From NCBI GenBank assembly GCA_046563655.1, contig CM102289.1:4712001-4776000 (forward strand): 64,000 nt of DNA, read 5' to 3'. Each line of letters opens with the position of its first letter. Positions within the stretch are counted from its first letter, which is position 1. The stretch comes from Yuukianura sp. NJ FZ-2021 (Eukaryota). This document shows positions 1-16,843 of this stretch, in pieces. The notes beneath the pieces were generated by a model. It did no database searches, was not told the origin of the DNA, and worked only from the letters and a program-made list of their open reading frames with translations. The position numbers and the translations under genes were made by a program.

Positions 1-371
1 AAATGATTTAGGAATCCTAAATTAGGATCTTAAGGATGATGCAAAAAATATTGCAAGTAGAAATGACGCGTGACTGGCCAGGCCACCGCTCCAAAAAAAA
101 GGCATGAACAAAAGTGGGGACTGAAGTAAGCTTTAGCAGTTCTTGATGACACTTCTTGACACTTGACATGGGTGAGATGACAAGTGACCGATATTTGATC
201 TTTGTTTTCTTGAGTGCTTGCCAAATATTGGCATAACGACGAGTGGACTCAAGGGAAAGCATGTGTGGGTAGTTTTGGAAGTGGATGTAGTAGGCCACCA
301 TTTCCGTTCTCATAAGGCATGCATTGTCCAGCTTAGTGGCAGTCTCTGCATTTATTTCTCTTTCACAAGGC

Positions 372-378
372 TATAAAA
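372..378 (+). promoter_or_regulatory. Candidate TATA box upstream of the orphan ORF
   Basis: TATAAAA about 80 nt upstream of ATG 453. Confidence 0.5.
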
Positions 379-452
379 GAGCCCTGCGTAATTTGAGGCC
401 TGGTTAGACTGAATACAGTTCTTCATGAGGTCAAGTGGGTCATGAGCACGAC

Positions 453-1235
453 ATGAGTCGCTTCCTGGTCTGGGCACTCTTCTTACAGACCATTTTCTGC
501 CTCCATCTCACAAACAAACATCATCGTTGGATCCCAGTGCACGGTCCATACGGTCGTATCACTCCGGACAAGTTAAGGGGCACGCTCACACTGTCTCCAA
601 GCAAGAATTACTTCAAGCACAACGAGAAATTTACTTACCCAACTTCAGTTCCTCCAACTTGGTTTGAAACAAAAAATGGATCCAGCAGGAAAAAGTATTT
701 GGGACGCCTCCAAATTCAGCAGTCATTCAAAAGTAACCAATTTCTGGTTCCGTCTTTAAGTTCCAGCTTGAACAAGCTCCCAAGCAAGGAGAAGGAATGC
801 AAGGGGCTGGACAACCTGATAGGCGACATTGGAATCATGAGCTACGTCCTAGGTCTCGTGGGCACAATGAACGGATTCTTCACTCTCCTTGTCGGCTTCG
901 TTAGTCAAATCCAGACATTTCTCAGCACGTACTTCGTCGGTGTGCCCAGTTCCATGCTCACGCTCAACACATTCTTCGGAGATCCATCGGCCATTCCATC
1001 GTGGTTCGTCAACGCCGTTTCTTGGTTTGGAATCGTTGACACTTTCGTCAACATCACGTTCGCCAATAACGTCAACGGTCTCGTGAACTTGTTCAGTATT
1101 CTGGGGGCCATCTTCTCCTTTGTGAGCTTGTACATCGGCGTCGCGTCAACTTTCCCAACGGCTGTCAAGTACGTGTTCAAGGAACTGCTTGGCGCAGATC
1201 TAGAAACACTTTTCGCCAACTACGGATGCCCATGA
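453..1235 (+). CDS. Intronless uncharacterised protein with signal peptide and long hydrophobic C-terminal region
   Basis: 260-aa ORF from the first ATG (MSRFLVWALFLQTIFCLHL), upstream TATAAAA, downstream ATTAAA/AATAAA; no family recognised. Confidence 0.7.
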   Translation: MSRFLVWALFLQTIFCLHLTNKHHRWIPVHGPYGRITPDKLRGTLTLSPSKNYFKHNEKFTYPTSVPPTWFETKNGSSRKKYLGRLQIQQSFKSNQFLVPSLSSSLNKLPSKEKECKGLDNLIGDIGIMSYVLGLVGTMNGFFTLLVGFVSQIQTFLSTYFVGVPSSMLTLNTFFGDPSAIPSWFVNAVSWFGIVDTFVNITFANNVNGLVNLFSILGAIFSFVSLYIGVASTFPTAVKYVFKELLGADLETLFANYGCP

Positions 1236-1646
1236 AAAAGGAGCGGAAGGGCGCAGCTATTTCACACACAAACAGTTTATTAAAACACAAACAAATTGTC
1301 CAAAGGTGAAAAGCAGACTGACTACCCAGGGCGGGAAGTAACTATCAATAAATCAATCCAATTCCAACCGGAGTTGGAATGTAACTGTTGAAATTCAAAA
1401 ATAAATCCACTTACAAAATGATAAAATGGCCACTACTACTTACGTAGTACTGGGAAATCTCATATTTTGAAACTGTGTTGGAAGTTGGAAGCGCTAATTG
1501 GAGTGAGCACTCAAAGGACGATACTTACGCACTAAATAGGTTTAAGAAGTAGTATTTCAAATAGTTGAACACACAAAGCCTCCAAAAGTGCTTGATTTCA
1601 ATGCCAAACTGAGAAGACGAAGTCCTTTTTTCTTTTTTCTTTTTTT

Positions 1647-5293
<3,647 letters not shown>

Positions 5294-6518
5294 TTTGCTT
5301 GATATTCTCTTTACCTGACTGAACTGACAGTGATGATGAGGATGACTGACTTAGGAAAACTGGTCGCCGGTGAGTGACAACCAAGAAAAAGATTACCTAG
5401 CAACGGATGAGATCTTGTGGACGAGATCAAGATTTGACAAGAGACAAGGATATTTAGGGAGGCGAAGAAGAAGAAAGTCACTTTATAAACAGAAAGAAGA
5501 ACCCGAAGTGGGGAATGGATGAGGATGGACGGAGACGGAGGGTTACACAACACAGGGGAGAGAAATTTAACTGGAATGACTATTCGTCAGAAATGGTTTA
5601 TGCTCGGCTTCACTTTACTGTCTACGATTTTAAGAATTTCTACTATAGAATAACCAATTCGGCTCGTACTGAGCAGCAGAAGTAAAGTGCGACTAAAATA
5701 AATTAACTAAAGTAAATTTAAACTACAGGATTCAAAGATAGTATAAGCGAATTAGTTTTTACGGTTTTTAACCGCAAAACTTCTCTCCAGATTCCAGACT
5801 CTATTTGGAGCTTTTAATTTTGTGAATATGTAATAAAAGTCGTCGTGTAAATTACAGGCTAATGTAATCACAATAAGGCTTTAAGACAAAAAGAGTTATT
5901 AATGATTGGTTTAGCGTAACCTAAAATCGATGAATACTAGGAATAATTTTAAGGTATGCTGACATTTAATTATATTTTGAACGTTTGAGACCTAAGTACT
6001 ATCAGTACGATACAAGGGTTTTGAACGTTGACATTTTTTGAATTCGAAGTTCGAAGTCTTGCGATTTGCGATTCTTTCATTGTACTATATATTCCTGGAT
6101 TCAATGAATTAGTCAAACGTCTCTCTCAATACACTGGGTTGGGTGCGAGGGTTTTTTTCTTATGTAATTTTAAGACAGTGTTTTATAGGATGAACTGCGA
6201 GTAAAATGATGGAGGAAAAAAAAACTAACCTTCTGTGACTTCTAAAAATTGTAAAAAGAAGTGGGTATACTCCAGCGGGGAGGCCGTGCCGGGCTGGATA
6301 TGTAGTTTTCACTGGTGAGCTTATCGGTATCATTATCTTAGCCTCTTAAAATTCACTGTCACATGTGTCGTTCGTAAATCTCATTTAACTTATTTCTCAG
6401 GTTAGAGTACGTCCACTGGTCCACTCACTCCTGGTCCACTTAACGATAGCGAAGGTCAAGGATTTGCAAACTTCTAAGTACGAATTTAGCGTGAGACAAT
6501 TTCGCGTTAGATCCAACG

Positions 6519-8223
6519 ATGTTGATGAGCACCGGAAGAGCGTTGACGTCCGTTATTTGCAAACAGAGTCCTAGCGCTGCATTGTTAGGGTGCGTCAGGT
6601 TTGCCAGCAATCAACGCGCAGGGTTTGATTACAAGGATGCACTCTGTCTCGAGTCGCAGTTGACAGAGGAAGAGATCCTCATCCGAGATACAAGCGCTGA
6701 CTTCTGTAGAGAAAAACTGATGCCTCGGATCTTGCAGGCGAATCGAAATGAAGTGTTCGACAAAGAAATTTTGAAGGAGATGGGCAGCCTTGGGTTACTC
6801 GGATCAACAATCAAGGGGTTCGTTTCGCTACGCCAAATCCGTCTGATGCTTGTCCTTGATCTCACAATTTCATCTCACCGTTTGCTGTACTATTTTTTAG
6901 GTACGGCTGCCCGGGCGTGTCTTCCGTCGCTTATGGTCTCATCGCCAGGGAAGTGGAAAGAGTGGACAGTGCCTATCGCTCTGGTGAGTGACAGTTTTGT
7001 TCAATTCATCGTGGTTGGCACACTAAAGTGGTTCATGTTGCTGTTTATTTGTGATTTGTGTAGCCCTGAGTGTTCAATCCAGCTTAGTCATGTGGCCCAT
7101 TTACGCATACGGAAGTGAGGAACAGAAGCAGCGCTTTCTTCCTAAACTGGCCAAGGGTGAATTGGTTGGCTGCTTCGGGCTCACAGAACCCAACCATGGG
7201 TCAGATCCAGGAGGTTTAGAAACCAAGGCAACTTATAAGGACGGCGTATACGTTCTGAACGGTGAGCCTAAATCGTGGGCTTCATTGTATGAAGTTTTGA
7301 ATTGAGGAAGTTAATTGAAGTGGCGTGTTTTAGGATCTAAGACATGGATTACGAATGCTCCTGTCGCGGACGTGTTTGTGGTGTGGGCAAAAGAACAAGG
7401 AAAGTTACGTGGCTTTCTGCTGGAGAAGGGAATGAAGGGACTCTCCGCCCCCAAAATCCAGGGCAAGTTTTCACTCAGAGCCAGCGACACGGGAATGATA
7501 CTCATGGACAACGTCCAGGTTCCAAAGGAAAATGTATTGCCAGAAGCCAGTGGCTATTCTGGTCCATTCGGCTGCCTCAACAACGCTAGGTAGGTCTTCG
7601 AGGTAAGGGATGTTCCAGTACCGATGAAGAAGAATACGGAGGATAAATAGTTTAGGTGGTTAATCTGTTGATTATAAACACAAATTCACTCTCCGATTTT
7701 TTGTGTGCAGGTTTGGGATTGCGTGGGGAGCCTTAGGTGCTGCTGAATTTTGTATGAATACTGCCAGAGATTACACATGTGATCGACCGCAGTTTGGGCG
7801 CCCGCTTGCCGCTAACCAACTTATTCAGAAGAAGCTGGCTGACATGTGTACGGAGATTACGTTGGGTCTTCACGCATGCCTGGCTCTTGGGAGACTGAAG
7901 GACCAAGGAAAGGCTGCTCCAGAGATGATTTCCTTGCTCAAGCGGAATTCTTGCGGAAAAAGCTTGGATATCGGTGAGTTTGAGTTTTTTAGATTGAGTT
8001 CAATGTACTCAATGTACCCTAATGAATTTAACATTATTTATGATTTTTGTGCTGTCAAGCTCGTGCTGCGAGAGATATGTTGGGGGGAAATGGAATCTGT
8101 GACGAGTACCATGTCATTCGCCATGTTATGAATCTGGAGGCAGTCAACACGTACGAAGGGACGCATGACATTCATGCCCTCATTCTGGGCAAGGCAATTA
8201 CAGGCATACCCGCATTTTCATGA
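6519..8223 (+). CDS. GCDH: Glutaryl-CoA dehydrogenase, mitochondrial (multi-exon)
   Basis: Transit-peptide-like N-terminus; motifs [88 protein letters not shown] at 8221-8223. Confidence 0.96.
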
Positions 8224-8985
8224 GACCTGTTGCTGGACTGGACTGGACATGTAGGAGTTGGAATTGTGACGTCACGCAAAATAGTTTAATCCAATTGAAA
8301 CCGATAGCATTTCACTTTTTATTTTTGTTGCAACCTCATTTTAAGGTAATCGAAACCCACGTGCAGTAAAAATAAAAATTGGAAAACCAAATGATATGCC
8401 TAACATGTTTCTGTGCAGTGCGATAACTAAACCCAGTAATTCTTCAAGTACTATTTGATAATCCTGATTAGTACCCTAATTCTAAGTAATTTCACGTCGA
8501 TAGCTATCGTCAAGCAGACCAAATCTTATCTCCGATTCGGATTTTCAAGCATTTCCGAGTATTAGTGGGGGTTTGGCCCCTCTTGTCTCCAGATCCACCT
8601 GTTGCTCTCCATTTCAGACTGTCATTTCATCTCAACATTTTTTCACATCAGCATCACATCATTTCTCTTCTGCTTCTGCAGCATACCAACAAACCAGACT
8701 ATAAACAACAAGGACGTAATTCCCTTGGTCTTCTACCTAATTCAATCCGCCCAACAGTTTTTCACACCTACCTCGCATTGCATCGTCAACAACTCTCACT
8801 TTCACTGTTTACGAGCCTAAGTATTCAGTCATCGATTCAACCTCTATCCCATAGGATAGGACTCACGTTCACCTTCAGAATCAGGATTCAGGAACGTCTT
8901 CCAGCAGCACCCACCCATAAGCAGGTCAAGGTACGGTAACTGGACAAACACGTTCTAAAAATCAACTTCAAGTCGAGCATACAAC

Positions 8986-10407
8986 ATGGACAAGAGGGGC
9001 GAGGTCACACCACCGCCCAGGCTCTGTCACCTCATCAAGGTAATTCCCATCCTCTTCATTCCACTTCATTTACTTACTCAATTTTTTGTCGCCTATCTTA
9101 CAGTGGCCTGACTTTGATGGATTCGGATTCAACTTGCATGGAGAGAAGACCAAGGCAGGCCAGTACATTGGGAAAGTGGATGCAGACTCTCCTGCCGCAG
9201 CTGGTAAACTGAACTTATTTTACATTTACGCATGAACGTCATGCGTAAATGTCCAGCAGTCGATTTCTAACTGAATCTTTGTTTCACCTTCTCAGCGGGC
9301 CTCAAAGCCAAAGATCGGATTATAGAAGTCAACGGAACGAACATTGCAAATGAAAACCATAAGCAAGTTGTTGAGAGGATCAAGGCAGTTCCACACGAAA
9401 CGAAGTTGCTCGTTGTAGATGAAGACGCTGAAGAGTACTACAGAACTCGAAACATTATTGTGACTGGTGATATGCCTAATGTCATCTACATCAAGACACC
9501 TTCACGCTCTCCACCGCAAGTAGTTACCAGTTCAGAAAGTATTGGAGCAGAGGGAATCAAGAAAATGGACGGCGACAGTGAGGAGGAAGGACTGTCAGAC
9601 TCGGGTTCTCTAGACTCTTCGTCATTACCCGTAAGTAGAAATAAGCGTTGTTTCAGCGAAAGTTACGAAAACTTTTAGATTTGATAAGTCTAGTCATTGC
9701 CACATATTGCCGTATTAGTCAACAAAACTGAATAATTAGTTACGCCGGAGAGTTTACACATTGAGCTTATAATTCAAGTACGCTACGGTCTTGGAAGTTG
9801 ATTTGAGTAATAAGCTCAATGTGAAAAAAACTTCCTTCTTTTAGTATTCAGTGGTTGAGTGTGGCAATGAGTAGGTTATGAAGGCTAGTGGTTTGTGCTG
9901 CCACTTTTGTTGTTTATTGCCAACAGGAGCGGCATTCTTTATTGGTTGGTATGATGATATGAGATGGTTTAGTTGGGTTTCCAGCTCAGATGCGATGGGA
10001 ACCGTCACAAGGTCACACTCTTTTGTTATGCAGAAGAAACAGATCCCAATTGACAGAACCTTCAGTTGATTGAGATCGAGGGAATTGAACGTGTATAATA
10101 ACGTGGGAAATTGTTTCTTTTTCTTTTTTTACAGAGCAAGTCGAATTCGCTGAAGAAGAAGGGGGCCAATGGCTTCCTCGAGAGTGGTGAAGATGGGGGT
10201 AGCTGGGGGTCGAGTCCAGTGGCCACCCCCTCCCCCACCCCGCTCAACTTTAACCCCAGCTCGAACTCCAAGGGATCCACTTCTTCCCTGGACTTGAACA
10301 TGACGGCACAGGAGATGAGGGCCAAGTTGGCAGCAAGGAAGAAAGTGGACCCCAAGAACTCCAAGATGGACCTCAAGAAGAAGTACGACATCATACAGAC
10401 TCTGTGA
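8986..10407 (+). CDS. Sip1: NHERF/EBP50-family single-PDZ scaffold (Sip1-like), multi-exon
   Basis: PRLCHLIKWPDFDGFGFNLHGEK...DRIIEVNG...HKQVVERIKA PDZ domain; C-terminal ERM-binding tail MTAQEMRAKL...MDLKKKYDIIQTL. Confidence 0.9.
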
Positions 10408-11395
10408 ATACCACAAGCCATCGATACCCGCCGTCAACGCCTTATATGCTGTTCCTTACGTTCCAACTGACCCCGTCCTGACCACCTTTATTGACTAGTT
10501 AACGTCATACAGAAGACGTCATTGAGTACTTAACCTTCTCCGCCATTCCAATATAACGAAAATAGTTTGTGCTCCAGACATTCCTTCCTTTCACTGTGCC
10601 TTATCCATAATATTAACATTCCTATGACATTCGTCCTGTTGTCCTGGATTCCTCTCCTTCTGGGAGGATGAGTGTACAACTAACAATTAGTTAACTGTAG
10701 GGGACCAATCACCATTACTTAAGACTAACACTTCATACATTTCCATCCGTCGCCCTTGTCCAATGCCCACGGATGAGCCGACATAGGATTTGTCTTCCCT
10801 AAATCACCTTCATATTCTTTTAAACTTTAAATATTAATTCTTAAATCATGTCCCAGTGACGGAACTTGATTTAAAGTCGAGATGAATAAATGGAAAACGT
10901 CCTTCGTGGGACTTACGTCGTTCGCTCGACTTTTAAACCTACAAACAACTCGGAAATCAAATGTTGCATTTATTATTACAAAGTACAACAATTTACATTT
11001 CAGCTTAAATGACACAATCTGCCAATGATGAAAATGGAGATGATATAACTCCTACAGCAAGGACTGGTTGTGAGGTAACGCATTGCATCATTCCAACCAT
11101 CATTATTATGAGGTCTGTGTTTCACCATAAATATGTAAGTTTGTCTTGTGATTATTGTAGGATGGTGGATAAAAGGGAAGAGGATGATTAGAACAATCCA
11201 TTTTCAGATGACCTCTGACCTCTCTCATCTTTTAACAGCCGAGTCTTTATATGTGTCGGTTGATCATGTGGACTTTACACCAATGAATGCCTCATTCACG
11301 AATGATAGCCTTAAGTTAGTTGGGAAGCGTCTCGACTTCAACTTTGGTTCTGTTAAACAGAGACTCATCCACTCATCTGCACGCAGGATACAAAG

Positions 11396-12546
11396 ATGGC
11401 CACAAAAGCAGAGTGCGAATCAAAGGGTAAGTAAAAACATAGCATAAGAAAATGTAATAGAAAAAAATACTAATGTAGTGAAACGTTTACTTTAAAATGG
11501 TTTCATTTAGTGTAATTGGTCTCCAGGGACGTTCAGTGTCAAATGTGGGCTTGCTCAGATGCTGAAGGGTGGGATCATCATGGACGTGACGACGGTGGAG
11601 GAGGCTAAGATAGCAGAGAAGGCTGGCGCATGTGCCGTCATGGCGCTGGAGAGAGTTCCGGCAGATATCCGGCGGGACGGTGGCGTGGCTCGGATGAGCG
11701 ATCCCAAGGTAAAGTCGCTTGCAATTTGCAATTGTTTGTTTCTGAGTGTTTCATAGCTAATAAACGGTTGTTTTTTATCTAGATGATCAAGGAAATCAAG
11801 AGTGCCGTGACGATCCCTGTAATGGCCAAAGTTAGGATCGGTCACTTCGTGGAGGCACAGATTCTCGAGGCCCTGGAAGTGGACTATATCGACGAATCCG
11901 AAGTTCTCACTCCCGCCGATACGGAACACCACATCAACAAGCACAAGTTCTGCGTGCCCTTTGTATGTGGAGCAAGAAGTCTTGGCGAAGCCCTGAGACG
12001 CATTGAGGAAGGAGCCGCCATGATCCGAACAAAAGGAGAAGCTGGAACAGGTAAATGTCGAAACACAATTAAATTAATTGGTTTTCGTTGGAGACATTTA
12101 CCGATATTGTTTGGATAGGAAATGTGGTTCATGCTGTGGAGCATGCGCGAGCAATCAACCGTGAAATCAAATTGGCGTCCGTGATGGATGAGGATGAGTT
12201 GTTCTCGCATGCGAAAAAGTTGGGCGTGTCGTTGGAACTGTTGAAGACGACTGCGAAACTGGGCCGACTGCCCGTGGTTACGTTTAGTGCTGGTGGTTTG
12301 GCAACTCCGGCAGACGTAGGTCTCCTCATGCAACTTGGAGTGGACGGTGTTTTTGTTGGAAGCGGAATTTTCAAATCCACGAATCCAGAGAAGAGGGCTC
12401 GTGCCATGGTGTTGGCGACAACTCATTTTAACGAGCCAGCAACACTGGCTGAAGTTAGTGAGGATTTGGGTGGCGCTATGGTGGGTATTGGGTCAAACGA
12501 TACTTTTGAAAACTGGGCAAGCAGAGAAAGCGGCCATAGCAAATAA
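11396..12546 (+). CDS. PDX1: Pyridoxal 5'-phosphate synthase subunit PDX1/PdxS/SNZ; exons 11396-11426, 11527-11708, 11783-12050, 12119-12546 (302 aa)
   Basis: [104 protein letters not shown]; three in-phase GT-AG introns. Confidence 0.96.
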
Positions 12547-12728
12547 AAGCAGAACACTTTTCCACCTCTGACCTCAGTTAACAGTTTGACCTTGTGACAG
12601 ACAGCGTTTCACATATTTCGATCTGCGTTTTATTTAAAAAAAGACAGATTTTTTTTAAAAAGGTTAAAAAACGAGTTTTTCAATATAGTCGTACCAACAG
12701 CAAAATAGGCATGGTTGCCATTTGCCGT

Positions 12729-15700
12729 CTACTTATTGCCACTACTGCCGTAGTAGGTGGGGCAGACGCCCTTGGCTTGTTGCTTGTCGTTGATCTCGGG
12801 AAAGATGGAACTGAGGTTGAAGTTGGAGATTGAGTTGGAGGTGGGTCCAGAGAGGTAGGGTTGGTGGGGCTGGTGGTGCGTGGGGTTAAAGTAATTCTGA
12901 TGCTGAGAGTGGTACTCGTTGGGACCGTGATGACCCCTCTGATTGTAAGACTCTACCAATCCATGTGACTGAGGAAGAGGCGGAGCATATGGTTTGGCGT
13001 GAGTCTGGACTTGCCCATAAGCACTTGGCTTCTGCACATTGGAGTCAAAATGGACGTCACCCCAAGGATTTCGATGTTGTCTGACGATGGCATCTCCCTC
13101 AGTCGTATTCTGCACTCCCACCAACTTGCTCACGGAAAATTCGTTTCCTTTTTTATACGCAGAATCCGTCATCCAGTTGACAGGACGCTGCTGCTGAGCT
13201 TGAGATTGAGTAGTACCCTGCGCCTGCGCAGTAAACGCCTTCTTTTGTTCTATATTTCGCTTCGTAGGAGCCGATTGGTTTACTCTTTGAGGATGTGGAT
13301 TGGCTGAATGCTGCCCAGTATTAGTAGTGGAAGTAGTTGCGGAACGGGAAGAGGGTTGAGGATGAATGTACGCGTGGTTACCGTCGTGATATGACCGACT
13401 TTGACCTGCATTGCAAAATCCTTCATTTTGGAACTGAAGCTGACTACTCTGGATATGCTGCGGTTGGAGACAATGAGGTGGGGCCAAGTAGAACGGTGGT
13501 GTTGGTGCATCATTTACTAATGGTGGGGCATAGAAAGGCCTTCCAAGACGTTCGTAAGACGTTTTGTCTGCAACAGTGGTTGAGCTTGGTGTGTTGTGAA
13601 AGTGGGCTGAATAAAAGTGCGACGATGTTGGTGGCGCCGCGATTTGAGAATTTGGAACTGAATGTTGCGGACGTGAGACAATGGTTGGATTGCTTGCCAA
13701 ATTGCTTGGATTGAGACAGTTTGCACTTTCTGTTCTTTGTTCGGAACTGTTTGTTCTAAATTGAGCATTGGGCTGCTGGAAGTATCTGAAGGGAGATGGA
13801 TCGGCGTCTCTCGGAGTTGACTGTGCCTTTGGTCCAGAAAATTTTGAACTTCCCGTTCTCGTTTCCGATTGGCTGGCACTCACAACTGAAGTTTTATTGC
13901 GTGTTTTCGTATGGTGGCTAACTGGCGGGGGATATTTCTTTTGGTGATTCTGGTTATCATACCGTTGGTTTTGAGGAAACGTATTTTCTAGCCCGGTTTC
14001 AACATATTTGTGTCTAAAGGTGTAAGTTAAGTCTTGAGTTGGACCTGATACTCCGCATTGAGAAGTGGTTGGATGCGTAAAGTGGTTTTGAAGGTATGAA
14101 GAAGATGGAATGGCCTCGTTTGCTTTGCGTTGAGTGTAGCTCGGAAAAAATAAGTCGTAAGATTGAGTAGGATTTTGAAAAACTCCTGAATTCCCAGCAG
14201 AATTTGTTTGTGGAGCCTCCGGGCTGGAGTAGGTAAACGGTTGCCCTTGACTTGCATTTGTGGCTGGAATGGTCGGAAGAGCCGTAGGTTGCATAGCGAC
14301 ACTGTTCTTGCCACTGGATCTTTCATTGGTCGAAATCGGTTCCAGGCCAAACGCATCTTCCGAATGAAGAAATGCAGAGAGTGACAAGATTTCCGAACTT
14401 CGTTTTTCTCTGCTTAGAGGCTGCAGGGGTGCTAAAATTGTGTCCAGAGAGTCCCCATCTCCCAATGATCGCTTGCTTTTTCCCGTTGTATCACATGAAT
14501 CGAAGTTCAGAACGGGCGTTGCATGTTGCTGATGACTTCCAGGCAGCATAGAATCAATGAAAAAGGAAGATCGACAGGACTTTTGCTGTGAAGTTGCTTG
14601 ACTATGCGGATTCGAATCTTGTGTCTGCCCAGACTGTTCCATTTGAACCGGAACTGCCACGAGACTCTCGCGTGGCAGTAACGGAAACATCGACAGGAAC
14701 ATTTGTGTTGGTGAAATAGGAGATTTAGGTGAATGACCAACGACATCTCCCCAGTCTGTGCCTAGTTCCATTAACTCTGCTTCCGTTTCCTCTGATCCCT
14801 CCTCCATCAATCCAATACTCCTTGCAATGCACTCGCTCATCTTTTCCGTATCCAGTGAAACCGGATGATTGACCTCCGGAGTCGATATTGGTGCTAAAGG
14901 AGTCGCACGACGACTTTCGTTCAAGTCCATGTCGAAGTCTACAACACGAGTGACTGGGACAGATGACATGGGAGTAGGACTTTGTTCATGAGTAGAAGAA
15001 GAAGGAATGGTACAGACTGTATTGTCCACCTCCACATTGAGTAGCGATTTATCCGCACTGCTGATCAATGAGGAAGATGTAAATGTAGACGTACTAAGTT
15101 CTGGCTGTGATACTTGTGAATTAGCGTTTTCTGGAAGTTCGTCAGTCTTTGTATTCCCATTTTGAGATGAATCCGTAGCATTGGCTATAATACGGTCAGT
15201 ATTGGAAATCATGGTTTCACTGGAAGAGGTTCCTGCCGCAACAACATTATCTTCGATGTCTTTATTTTCGCATAAGTGATTCATTTCGGCGATGTCCTTA
15301 GGACCTTCCTGAGGAATGGATTCCAATCTGGAGTCATTTTGTATTTGAATAGAAGTAGGATTCGGGGTCGGTTCCTCTGATTTTGCTAGTGACTCCTCAA
15401 CACATGAGATCAAATTCTCCTTAATTGTGATAACACTCTCCGTTGCAACCGATCCTGAGGAAAATTCTTTATCATTGAGTGGGAAATCAGCATTCACATT
15501 GTCATGAACCGCTTGATCAATCGATTGAGGATCAGACTCTAGATGCGTGTTATCTTTAGGCTCAGCGGAAGTGTCGGTAAAACTAGTTGTACTAGTTTGA
15601 GTACCAAATTCAACTTTGTCATTTCCACTTTTTAGTCGCTTCGGTTTCAAACTTGGCTTTCGTATTTTCCGTGGCACTCTTTTCGTGATGGACTTGATGG

Positions 15701-16641
15701 GAATCTTGGGAAATGACGACGGTCCTACTATGACTTTTGACAGAATCGGTTGACACTGTGAGAGGGGCGCGGCCAAGTTAACTCGAGTAATTAGCTGAGG
15801 TTGAATTTGAATTGGTGTGAAAATGAAGGTTGGTTGCTGCTGAACTTGGTGAACCGGAGGAGACGTTGACTGATTCGCTGGGTTGCTCGTCACGTTTGCT
15901 GTTTCGGTTGACGAACGAGCAGGTTGGTCAATCGGTGGAGACTGCTTCGGAGGAATTTCCATACCTTCAATGCGGTCGACGATAGTAATTTTCGTCTTAC
16001 CCAGTCTATCTACAACAATTTAACCCATACCTAAAATTTTGCTTCTTGATAATAATTTTGCAAACAGTGAAGAGTCACTCACCATTTTGAAGTGTCGCAG
16101 GTCCATTTTTGGAAACTTCACAAATTGGTGTAGTTTTGGATATTTGGATGCGTTGGATATCCCGAACTCCCAACTTGTTCGACCACTTGAATCGTTTCTT
16201 TCCAAGTGATTTAATTGAAGGTCCATTTGGAATGGTTATTTTCGCTTTGACTAATAGCGCCGTCAACTGCTTCACACGCAAAATCAACTTGTTCACCTCG
16301 TCTTGTAGATGCTTCACTTTTTTAACTACAATTTACAAACATTGCATTTTTCTTAAACATTCTTTGAGTCAGAATAGAAAGCCAGATTTGTTTTCAATAA
16401 TACTCCTTGATTTTTAATTACCCATTTCCGATGGTTGATTATGATCTGCAGCGAGCCTGGAGTTTGATAATCTCAGCTCCTTGATAAACTGTGTGGCATT
16501 TTCCAGGATTTCAATGCGAGCGGGTATCTTGGCAGGATCGTAGTTTGGGAGAAGTTCAACAAGAAGCTTGAAAGCATCAGCTAATCTATCCCTTCGTCTC
16601 CGCTCCCATTCCCTGCACTTGGAATTGTCCCGCACCTTCAT
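12729..16641 (-). CDS. Large bHLH transcription factor with long low-complexity C-terminus (USF3-like architecture); exons ~16641-16422, 16325-16083, 16009-12729
   Basis: N-terminal bHLH (WERRRRDRLADAFKLLVELLP...ARIEILENATQFIKEL), a coiled segment, then more than 1000 aa of S/T/P/Q-rich sequence ending NFNLSSIFPEI. Confidence 0.8.
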
Positions 16642-16843
16642 TAGTTACTGGAAACATGAAAAAATATAAATACATATACGAGATTTCCTTGTCCTGATAA
16701 AAGACTGACATTTGATTCGACTGAACAAGGCCTAACCTACGACTGCGCAAGATCAACACGTGTGCATTCAGTTTTGCCTTTTGCAGTAATTTGAATCGTG
16801 TCAGTAATTTTCCAATTCTGCTGCTTTCGTTTATCACCGCCCA

